DNA of 48,119 nt. Source: Toensbergia leucococca. Its lineage: Eukaryota. Shown here piece after piece: positions 37,344-48,119 of the stretch (positions within the stretch are counted from its first letter, which is position 1; each line of letters opens with the position of its first letter). The stretch spans positions 1 to 48,119 of the forward strand of contig JALDZS010000178.1 of NCBI GenBank assembly GCA_022813965.1, read 5' to 3'. The position numbers were made by a program, and so were the translations under genes. The notes under the pieces were generated by a model. It was not told the DNA's origin, made no database searches, and was given only the letters and a program-made list of their open reading frames with translations.

Positions 37344-38158
37344 CTGGCTAGAGGTTGGATGACGAGGATGTGCTCTAGGTAGAGGAAGATCAGTCAAGAG
37401 ATACTGATTGGTGTTGCAGCTGAAGTGGACGGAGGGAAAGATATTTGTCAAGAGATGAGTGTCGAGTGTGAATGCGAGTGAAGAAAGTTAAGAGAGACGG
37501 ATGTTGTGTGTTAAGGGATAGGTCCTAGATCAAGGACTGGTTCCTTTATAGGTGAAGCGGCAACTCTAAAGGAAGCTTAATCAATAAGGAAGTCTCTTAC
37601 GGTCCTCGGGCGCCGGAACTCGAGTTCCTGGGCTGGGAAGTTCTTGGAAGGGTAGGCATTTTTGACAATGGTGTCTGATAGCTAATGAGAGGGCTCAATA
37701 TGTTATGAGACAGGCGTTATGAGCCGTAGGAAAAGGCAGAAGGAGGCTAATGAATCAAGTGAATTGACGGTTCGGTATAGCTACGGTCTGCAAAATACCG
37801 AGCAAGGTAAGGGAAGGTGGATACAGAATAAGTCAAGTCAGTACAGAAGGGAGAAGAGGGAGGATATCTATATAGAAGAACACAATGGCTGGCGCAGACA
37901 GTAAGATTTCTTGGGAAGACGGGGCAGAGGCTCCCCTGTACAGCATGGCGAATGATATCAGGGGATTTGTGCACTTTTGAGGAAGGCTGTTCTTGAATGA
38001 TAGGCCCACTAAGGGATTCCCGACAGTCATCCTTCCTGAATAGGCCCTTCTGTACCCTCGTACTGCAATATGATTCTAAAGGGAGGCTCTGCCCATGTAA
38101 AGAGGAAACCCTTAGCGCGGTGCTAGTGGCGCACGTCAGGGAGCTGGGCGAACACTTC

Positions 38159-38209
38159 AAGGCAACCCTGTAAAAAGAAGGCAGCTCTGTAAAAAGAAGG
38201 CAACCCTGT
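38159..38209. repeat. 19-bp tandem repeat, about 2.7 copies (AAGGCAACCCTGTAAAAAG)
   Basis: Directly visible; the second copy has two substitutions. Confidence 0.8.
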
Positions 38210-38569
38210 TTGCATGCAGCCCACACCAATGAGCATAAAGTGCAATTACAATCTTCGAATTTTTACATCGTGAATCTTGAAGGCCGAAGTAAACCCACGG
38301 AATCATGCAAATGCACAAATCGTAGCAGAAGCTAGGCCAATCAACATGATGGTACCCTAAGGTATTTTAGGCTAGTCGATTCGGACAAGGAGCGAGCGCA
38401 TATGTGCTAGGCAAGAAGTGCCATATGTGTGTGTGCGATACCCTGGTTGCCTGAAGTTGCCTTCTAAGCTGGACTAGATGCCTCCTCGCAATCAAGGTTC
38501 TACCAATCGTTTTATCTTTACTCCTTAATTCTTTTCAACCATTTCTCACCCTCATCTCAGAGCATCAAC

Positions 38570-40608
38570 ATGCCGAAAGACTGGGACAAAGTGAAAAGCC
38601 AAATTTGGTCATTATATAAAATTCAAAACAAGACGCTTCTTGACGTACAACAATTTATGAGAGATAATCACCAGTTCCACGCCTCGTAGGTATTTTCCTA
38701 CGCCTGTTTGCTTGAGAAAAACTGAGACTCGCCGACAGGACACGGAGTTACAACAATCACCTGGAGCTGTGGGGCTTTCACAAGAATAAGACTAGGCAAG
38801 CCAAAAAGCGCGGCATCCGACAAAAAGAAGCAATCCCCCTCAAAGCGGTGAATAGCGCACCGCAAAGCATGGTCGATAGCAGCGTTCTTTGGAAGTGCGT
38901 CTGACCCCTACGCTCCCCAAAGCCTATAATTAAATCGCCCTCTACTTCTTTCTTGCCCTCATCGCTTGGAACTTCACCGAGTTTAGACTCTATCTCGCAT
39001 CTGCTCCCCTTAGAATCTTCCCCAGAAGATCCTTCGTCTGCCTCCACCAACGGTTCATATAGTGTACACTCTACATCGTTGCTGCGCTCTCCTCTTGCCA
39101 ATGACCCTACGTCTTCATCCATCCCAGAAGCTTCTGCCTTAAACTCGCAAGACCACCAAGGAAAAACTCGCCTTCATCGTGCTGTGATCCGCGGCGAATT
39201 GAACGAGGTTCAAAAGCTACTATCTTCCCAAGTCCAAATTGACACCCAAGATGACCAAGGAAACCAGCCTCTTCATTATGCTGCCGCCGGCGCCTATCAT
39301 GGCATCATCGAGCTTCTGTTGCGATCATGTGCTGATGTGAACGCCCGCGGGGCAATGGGAAAAACCCCAATTCATATGGCAGTACGATTCCCTAAGGCAG
39401 TGCGAGCTCTTCTCAAAGCTCATCCATGTCTATCCACTCAAGATGACCAAGGCGATACGGCTCTACACCTCGCTTTGTCTTTATCTATCATAGAAATGTC
39501 ATCCACAGGTACTGTTGTTAAGAACTTGATCGAGTCTGGCGCTGATGTCAATATAACAAATACGTCCGGAACCACGCCTTTTCACATGGTGGTAGATTTA
39601 CCACACTACGGACGAGATCAAAGTAATCCTTACATAGCTCTGTTTCTGCGAAACAATGCCAATCTCTCATCGTTAAATAAAGATAATGAATTGCCCTGCA
39701 CAGTATTCCTCAACATATCCGGTTTACACTGGATCGAGGGTTGTCCAAATAAGGCATGCGATCAAATCAAGGACTTCAAACTCTTTCTTAGCAAAGGAGC
39801 AGATCCTAATACAAGACTGAGATGCGGGGAACTTTTGTTTCACAAAGTTTTTCAAGAAATGGGATGGTCCATGGCGCATAAAGACGACATTCTAGATCTT
39901 CTCTGTGAAACCGTTGATATTCAAATGCTAGCAAGTAACGGGTATTACCCGTTACACAGCAGCCTAAGGTGCCGTTTTCGCCACCCTTCCAAGACCATTG
40001 AGATCCTGTTACGTCGTGGCTGCGATCCTAACCAGGAGAATCGAGCAGGAGAGACGCCCTTGATTGTTCTGTCTAAATCTGAGTGGACAGACATTGATAA
40101 GCTTTTCAAAGTCACGAACATCCTCTTAGATAGTGGAGCAGAGTCAATGCACGAAGATTCAGCTGGTAATACACCTATCTATCAGGCTTGGAGGGAATGG
40201 AAAGACAGGAGCATGACTCTGATACGAATTCTGATAGATTCTTTTGTTCAAAATGGGCAGGATGTCAATCTGTCCTTGTATTCTCAGGCTTCTAGATGGT
40301 GGTGTGAATATGTCAATCTCTGGCGGCAGCAGCGCTGGTCTACCACTACCAAGCATCTGGTACATTGCGAGGACATGCCAAACGACGTTGCTAAAGAATT
40401 ACCAAGACGGCTGCTATTGTTGGCGACCGGGGACATTCTCACAGCCGCTAAACGTCGCTATATAGGTTTCAGAGAAGCCCGGGGCATAGCTGATGAGAAG
40501 ACTCAAACAGAGCGTGCCCATATCGTTTCTATTCTACGAGATTGCCATTCGATGAATCTGGACATCGAGGTAACCTGGTACCATTTTCTCTTGGAATTGT
40601 TCGATTGA
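38570..40608 (+). CDS. Clr5-domain / ankyrin-repeat protein
   Basis: ATG 38570 MPKDWDKVKSQIWSLY..TLLDVQQFMRDNHQFHAS, intron 38686-38738, then TRSYNNHLELWGFHKN (Clr5 pattern). The long ORF to 40608 has many ankyrin repeats (GKTRLHRA, GNQPLHYA, GKTPIHMA, GDTALHLA, GTTPFH, GETPL). The second junction (about 38894-39062) is uncertain. Confidence 0.8.
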
Positions 40609-43015
40609 TATTAGAAGAGAGATCTCGAGTGCTGAGATCACCTCTTTAAGGGACTCATACGGGACCTTGTTAAGATGTTCATTTGGAAATTATTGGCAGG
40701 TGGGGGAGAGATCAAGCAAGGGTAAAGGAAAGTCTGGTTCAGAGCTCTTCGTTGAGGTGATGGAACTTCTTCCTTAGGAGCCTTCTATTGTCTCCAGGCT
40801 TACAGGGTCACCGAGGTGGATATAGGTCGTATTGAACATCTAGTCTCACCACCGAGATCTAACCTTCTGACACGTTCGAACACAATCCATATTTACAAGC
40901 TACTTAAAGCTTCACGTTACGGAAACTATGCGATACCCAGGTTTTTTTTGTTGTCTTGACCAGCTTAGGTCATCTTTGATCTTGTTACCCTAATCTATCT
41001 TTCAAAAACTATCTCCCCGTGTATGATCTATTTTCTAGCTTTTGTGTCTGAAGGATCCTGTACTAGCATGCTTTGTCCGCTATGTGCCTTTGTTTACCCT
41101 CTTGTTAGCTAACCCCATACACGTTTAATATATCCTAATTCGCGTTCCTAGGGTCTTAGCTGGAGAGCTCATTAACACCAGCTATCAAGGATACGAGTTG
41201 GTTTATCAGACGCTTAGCCAGAGACTCTGTGCCACTACTCTATGCAAGCGTTGATAGATCAAGCAAACAAGGACTTTCAGATCCAAAGGAGTGACTTATT
41301 ATTCGTTACTCATTTATCCCAACAACAGCTTTCAAATCAGCATCATACGCGCACAAAATTTGGCAATCACTTCCTCAAAAACACAATCCTTCACTTTCGC
41401 GTTTACTACTTCCGGCCTTGGCCACCAGTCCCCTTCTGCCCACCACCCGTCGCACCTTGCCCCTTTCCAGCCTCCTCTCTCGAACTATATAGGCCGTAAA
41501 AGGAGCATTGTCATTCTTATTCGCGGCACTCTTATCTGCGGTACTCTGCGCCCTCACGTCAAATCCAGATTCTTTTGTGTTGCTGGATGGGCATTTCTAC
41601 ACCAAAGCAGTGAGTGAACCGGCACAATCAAAGTATGGCAGAGATAGTCTGTCAAAGGTACGGCGAAGAGGGTGAAATGGGAGAGAATGACTTACGGCGG
41701 CGGCAGATTGGATGCGCGAGGCGTCTTGTTTGGACATGTCTTTGGGCATTGTCAATTTTTTTTTTGGTTGAGCTGTTTCTGAGAATCGATGTGGTTTTTG
41801 GAGGCTGAGGATAATGTGAATGTTCTGGTTGAAAGGATTGAGGAGGAAGAGCAGTCTCTTATATGGTATTTTTTTGCTACGTTTGTCGTTTGGGAGGCTG
41901 GGTTAAAGGAGTGTGAGTGAACTTTAGGGGATTAGGATGACTTTCTACTGTGTCCGCTGACATTGCTACTGGCTGTTCAGACTCAATATTCACGGTAAGG
42001 GACCGGTCATGAGTTTCTTAGCTTAATGTTTGCTGCGATAACAAGCACCCTGAGATGGCAACTTAGGGTACATGCAGGTTATCTACTCCCCATTCCAAAC
42101 AGACTTATCCAAACATTTCTACAAGCACGCCGCACCAGGATCTCGCACACAAATACCATCAGACTCATCAGGTCCGCATATCATCACACTTGATCCCACC
42201 ACCACCTTCTGCACCATGACCTATCAGCCCTGACTAAGAAGTCACAAGCAGCAACACTTACCTCTCCAAACAAATACCTATCTTCCTCGCGTGCAGAAGC
42301 TGTATGCCAAGCTCGTGAGGGCAGTAGCAATTGACGCTACGCCCGTGATTAGGGGTATGAGGTTGTCGGTTTGCCATTGCGGCTGCGTTTGGCCTGTCGT
42401 TGGAGTGGTTTCTGGGGATGGGGGTTTTAGTGGGTGAAGTCAGGTAAGTGAGAGAATGCTTACGGTTTTGGAAGGGCATTGTTGGGAGTGTTGGGGATAT
42501 GATAAGTTAGGGCAATTCAGGAAACTTTCTGAAGCGTTAATGAAGTGGGCCGATAAAGGGACTTTTTGGAACCGTGGGAATTTTTCTACGAGGGAAGTGG
42601 GAAAGATGGGGCTTTTATGTGGAACACATCGGGCTCGAGCTTTTTTGGGAGCGTTCCTAATCCTAGGACCTGACTCGATGCATGAAAATGTCCCATCTGT
42701 CGCGGTGATAAAGCTGCAGTTTTTTAGGATTAGGAACGGCAGGTGTCTGAGCTTACCTCCAAATCTCGACAAAATGATAAAATCACCCTCCTAAACTATA
42801 GATGAGCAGGGTCACGGTAATATTGAGGTCTAGTGATCTAATGGGGGGAAGGCTGGATGGTTGCGCCCAATATTATACGACAAGTAGGAATTCATCATTG
42901 CACGGGGATTGGGGGACAATTGTGAATTTTTAGGAATGCGTGGGAAAGCTGGAAAGATGATTCGATTGAGTTGATTGGGAACTACTCGAGTAGAGTGCGG
43001 CAAATAAAAGGATTG

Positions 43016-43055
43016 GAGCGAACTTGACGGAAAAGAGCGAACTTGACGGAAAAGA
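43016..43055. repeat. Perfect 19-bp tandem duplication GAGCGAACTTGACGGAAAA
   Basis: Directly visible. A separate (GCCTGATA)x3 repeat lies at 43249-43274. Confidence 0.85.
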
Positions 43056-43500
43056 CAGCAGCGCCACTGGCGCAACCCTAGAATAAGCCCGAAGCTCTTT
43101 GTAAAGTTCGATGTCAACGTTGCAAGCAGCTTTCGGACTAGCGCTTTTCCACACCAGGCACTAGGAAAGGTGGACTTCGTTCCTAAATCTTGTGCGACGG
43201 CATGGCTTCATAGACTTGATCTAATTGGCTGTATGGACACCCTTGACGGCCTGATAGCCTGATAGCCTGATAGCGGCAACTAAATTTAGGGTTTAAGGGT
43301 TTTTAGGAATGCCAAGAATTCCTAAAACAAGCGAGCAAGTGTCCAGGTTCAGCCTCGTCGACCTCGAAGACAACTTATATTGACAGCATGGCCCACACTT
43401 TCTTCTTTCCACCTCACCATCTTGTGAGAACCTCAGTCTCGATTCTCTTGGAGAATTCTCTCCTCCATTTGTCTTGGTAGTCTGAAACCCTTCAACACAG

Positions 43501-46500
43501 GACTTGCTCGATTAGACTGCTGCCTTCAATATGGCTTCCACAGAGTATGCCATGCCCAAGACTTTGAGTTGCTATGTCTGACTCTAAATCCTCGTGCTAG
43601 GTCTTGTGGTTTCGGGCATTTCGAGGATCTCACAGATACCAGAATAGTCCACCATGACGAGCAACAGGCAATCTCGACTGATGGAACAAATGATCCTTGC
43701 CCCAACTTCTTGCTAAAGCCCATGTTCAAGAACGTCAAATTCAGATACATGCGGATCTTCGACCAGGACATGTATGTATAGCCTTGTACCTGTTTCAAGC
43801 TTTTGTGTAGCTAACCTCTTCCTAGACCTGAATACTTCATTTCATCCGACTATGGAATACTCATGTCCGCCACCATTGGTGATTTTTATTGTTGCTTCAA
43901 CGCGGCATTTACTGTGCTCAAAGGTCAATCCTGGAGTGTTTCATGCCTTCAGTTCAATAGTCTTTACCTACGTAATGTTATTGAAACGTTGCTTCCTCAC
44001 GTCACCAACTTTGCTTTCATTCCTCTCATCTACTTAATACAAAATTGCCGCATTCTTAGCGACTACCTTCAGCTCTTGGAGACCTGGGAGCTTGTAGACG
44101 ATCCTCTGGTTCAAGAACTTCAACTCTTCGTACGAGGGTTCTTACTCAACCATACCCACTGGACTGTTTCGAGCACCGAGACTTTATTTGAGCAAGGATT
44201 CCCTTCATCTATGGATTCGCATGATATAGGGCAAAGTGGCATGTTGGAAGACATTGACATTTTGGATCGAGAATTTGATTTAATTGACACGTCTTTGGTT
44301 ACGGCACCTCCATTGACTGTAAGAGACATTACGGATACCCAAGTAAACCACTGGGAGCCTCATGCTCAAGAATCCAAGAAGCCGCCGCCATCTACCTCGT
44401 CGACCAACGTTAATCAGGGGAGTAACGAGATTGCTACTCTCGACTGCGCGAAAGGAATGGGAACTGCTCTCATAGATTCAAGACAAAGGTCACTCCACCC
44501 GCCGGAGACATTTCAGGATCGCAAGTCCGACCCGCTTGGACTCAGTGTTCTTTACAAACCCAAAGATGCCCCCCCGGTGGATATTTGTTTTGTCCGCGGA
44601 TTAACAGGAAGGAGCCGCCAAACATGGTCAAAGAATCGAGACCCCGAGCTTTTCTGGCCTCAAAACTGGCTCCCGAAGGAACCAGACTTTTGTACGGCTA
44701 AGATTAATAACTTTGATTTCTTCTCATCTACTATTTGTTCAATTCAGGGACCGTCCTATTCGTTACTCGGCCTCAAGTGGCCATCATTGGTCGATGCAAT
44801 TGACTCTGGAGAGACCGTATATGCACGTCTCATTATGGAGAAATGGATGGATAGTCGGTCCGATTGGTTTTGGCCTGAGAGGCCTGAGAGTCATGATTCT
44901 CTGCTAAGATGCTTATACCGATCAATTTGTGATGACAATTTGTCTGTAGCACGACTCCTTCTCCAGAAGGAAACCCCTTTGAAAGACTCCGTTCACGCTG
45001 GCGATTTCGAGATGGTGAAGTCGCTATGGAAATATGGAATTGATCTAAATGACGGACCTTCTTTTCTGGAAAGGCCACTGGCCACTGCCATCTTGAATGG
45101 TCGGCTCGAAATCGCACGGTTTTTAGTAATGCAAGGCGCTGATGCAGATCTTGGCAGCACACGGGATTCTCTATTCGATGCAGTCCTCGGAGGTGATTTG
45201 CAGAAAGCAAGTCGCATACTTTGGGAGCCAAGAACGCTAGTCACCGAGGATACTCCATATTATCGAAGGCGTTCCGTTTTTCGGCGGCTCAGACGTCTTT
45301 TCAAAGAGGAACACGCTCAATTTTACAATTCGAGTCAAAATTCATCAGCAGGTCCGGCATTTCAGGATGTTGGAAACCATTTGAAAGAGTATAAGCCCAT
45401 GTGGAAACTAGGAGTGAAAGCAATCCGTCAACTTGGTAAAAACCGTCCACCTAGGAATTTACGAGAAGTTCTAAGCTTGATTGCCATCGCTAGCGCTATG
45501 AGAAAAACGATTAACAATCCAGCCCAATTTGGAGATTACGACGTCTTCTTGGACGACTTCGATATATGGAGGGTTTTGGCCGTCAACCCGAACCAGATAG
45601 ATCTGTACGATGAAATAGTGTTCAATGTTTGGGGCAAGGCGAGGATTATCGAGACACCGGAACCCATATATGACCTTCCAGCTGAACTCAAGCATCTCAC
45701 CTCGCTCATCAGTTGTCTTGTCTCGGAGACTTTACAGGCAGCTTCTCTACGGCCTGAAAGTCATGAGGATATGGATGTGAACCCATCGCTCGAGATTTCA
45801 AGCCAGGTTGGTGAAAATCCTCACATGGAGTACGATCATACTGGTCCTCATATCGCCACTCAGCCACCAATCTCATCAAGCAGCTCGTCTCATGTGTCTG
45901 CAGATCCTACTTTGGACCCGCAGAGGGATCCTCCGAAGTTGCCCTCAGAAGAGACTCTTCTGACGACTGCCGACACCGGATCTATATCTAATTCATGGGT
46001 TGCGATATTACTGATGGCAGGAGCTATCTTTGGAGTCATAATACACTATTTCTTACGTATGTATGCCATTGCAAGATAGTGCATGCATCTTACTGAAAGC
46101 AAAAGCAGTGATGAGAAGCTCGACGTTGCATAGTGGAGCAGCAGCCACTTCTTATGCTTCTCCAGATACCGTCAACCTTCTAAACAACCATTTCATGACG
46201 CCTCTAACGCAGACTACGTGCATCAGGGACTTCTACAAGTTACCTCTAGAAGCGATGCACTGGATCAATTCAGGAATGATATCAACATTCTCACAGCTGA
46301 AATTCTTCATGATATCCAAGGTAGGGAATCTCCATGTCCAAAACCGCAATGTCACCTAATTCCTTTCAATTGGACAGATTAACTCACGATCTCCGGAGGA
46401 AGCCACACATCTCACGAATGAAATGACCAATTATGCACGTCGATGCAGGCTACTTTTGGACGAACGAGACTTACGAAAGCGAATTGAGAACATGACTTTA

Positions 46501-46997
46501 TACCTAGGCCTTCAGACGACTACTAGTGAAGCAATAACAGAGCAACATTCACAATCGGAAGGATGTTCCCCCTTTTCTAACTTTACCTCACCAACGCTAA
46601 ACCAGCAAGATCCTCAAATTGTCACATCATCAGAGTCTTCCGCCCACTCATCTCCATGGAATACAGCTCCCATGGACATTCTCCAAACCACGGTAACAAC
46701 ACCACAACCTGCGCCTCAGCCACCAACGACCAGCCAGCCAGCCTCCCTTAAGTATTATTTTCTCCGTCCGTGTCTACATCTACATCTCAACTGACCCATC
46801 TCCTCAACAGACTCCAATGCACCCTCTGCAACAAAACATGCAGCACCCGAACGAACCTGAACCGCCACAAGCGCGAAAAACACCAACACCACCAAACCCA
46901 CCGATTCATGTGCCGTAAGTGTGGCAAGAACATATCAAGGAAGTCATATTGCACGGTACATGAGAGGACATGCGGCAGGAGGGTTGCCGGAATATGA
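43501..46997 (+). CDS. Multi-domain protein: truncated SesB-like hydrolase fragment, ankyrin repeats, TM helix, C-terminal C2H2 zinc fingers (5' end uncertain)
   Basis: Intron 43771-43826 joins ORF 43569 to ORF 43863-46079 in frame. Further GT..AG introns near 46058, 46321 and 46752 lead to CTLCNKTCSTRTNLNRHKREKH and CRKCGKNISRKSYCTVHERTC. The start codon is not resolved. Confidence 0.7.
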
Positions 46998-47840
46998 TGG
47001 GAGAAGCTGAGTCGCTGCGTTTGATGACATGGTATCTAGAAAGCGTGTTCAGTGTTTTTTTTTTGGAAATTTTCGATGAATATAACGACTATGATTATGA
47101 GCGAAAGCAAAGAGCGAGTCAATGTCATTAGCTGAATAAAAATTCCATCGCAACAGTAACAATCCGCCCTCCCTTCCCCTTCCCTCAGTACAAGTATCCT
47201 TATATCAATCTTCTCCTCTTACGCTACTAAACAAAATATAAAACATACGTCTAACCCGGTCTTTAATCTCACAGGATCTTTCATTTTCTTCTCTAACCTC
47301 TACATCTTAAGACAAAAGATATAATGAACCTGAACATACTCTATAGCAAGCCAATCTTATATGACTCACTCATCATCACTAGCTCAACAAAATCACATCT
47401 TCAACCTCAGTAAAATCACCCAACTCACTACCCTCACAATCTTCTCCTCTCTTTTCCCAAAAAAAAAAAAAAAACAAAAAAAAAACAAACAAACAAATCT
47501 CCCCTCACCACCTCAACCTCACTCTCACTCTTATAACTCTCATCATCCCTTCAAACTCTCAATACACAAACGCCCCTTTTTGATACCTGAACCCTCAACC
47601 CCCCCCCCTCACCCCTCATCCCCTCATTTCTCAGGCGCATGATCACTGAGGGGAATTCTATAATTCTGCATCACATCTTACCTCGATTCCTCATCACTAT
47701 GCAAGCTCATTTACTTGTTATGTTCATGTGTTATCTAGAGGTCAAATCACCTAAGACTTTAGTATCACATTTCTACCTCAATTCTTCACCTCAGGCGCTG
47801 TACACCGTGGATTTTATCCTGGATTTTCGATCATGATTTA

Positions 47841-48047
47841 TCTTCACCTTCACCTTCAGCTTCGCCTTCACCTTCACCTTCACCTTCACCTTCAGCTTCA
47901 CCTTCACCTTCACCTTCACCTTCAGCTTCACCTTCAGCTTCACCTTCAGCTTCACCTTCAGCTTCACCTTCAGCTTCACCTTCAGCTTCACCTTCAGCTT
48001 CACCTTCAGCTTCACCTTCACCTTCACCTTCACCTTCACCTTCATCC
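47841..48047. repeat. Hexanucleotide tandem repeat (CTTCAC/CTTCAG), about 34 units
   Basis: Directly visible; reads as Glu-Gly/Glu-Ala repeats on the minus strand. Confidence 0.95.
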
Positions 48048-48119
48048 TCACTCATGACTTTACTAGGTTGCTGAGATGAGTAAGGGTGACGATCTAAAGG
48101 GGGAAAAGAGGCGAAATTC

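Noticed and set aside
41242..42500. Short ORFs and splice-like signals between the two ankyrin genes
   Set aside because: Could not assemble a coherent spliced reading frame or recognise a domain.
43285..43307. TTTAGGG-like words as interstitial telomere
   Set aside because: Only two to three imperfect units; not a telomeric array.

Overview
Intron-rich fungal (Pezizomycotina) genomic DNA; a lichen-forming Lecanoromycete is a guess from gene style only. The left 15 kb is housekeeping-like: DUF202 membrane protein, RGG-rich putative mitochondrial protein, APC/C subunit Cdc26, intron-containing tRNA-Arg(TCT), a repeat protein of unknown function, class IV chitin synthase and a WD40 protein. 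From 15 to 33.5 kb is an accessory block: a secreted HExxH metalloprotease-like protein, a PTH11-like receptor, a frameshifted gene and a compact three-gene secondary-metabolite cluster. The cluster has an NRPS-like A-T-R reductase, a UbiA protein with Fma-TC-type terpene-cyclase motifs and a divergent P450, and no PKS. A Zrc1-type CDF zinc transporter follows. A second accessory block holds a Clr5-ankyrin gene and a large chimeric gene (truncated SesB-like hydrolase fragment, ankyrins, TM helix, C2H2 fingers) with a TTAGGAA-rich upstream region. The window ends in a hexamer repeat. All exon models are hand-derived from GT/AG, branch points and reading frame; no database searches were run.
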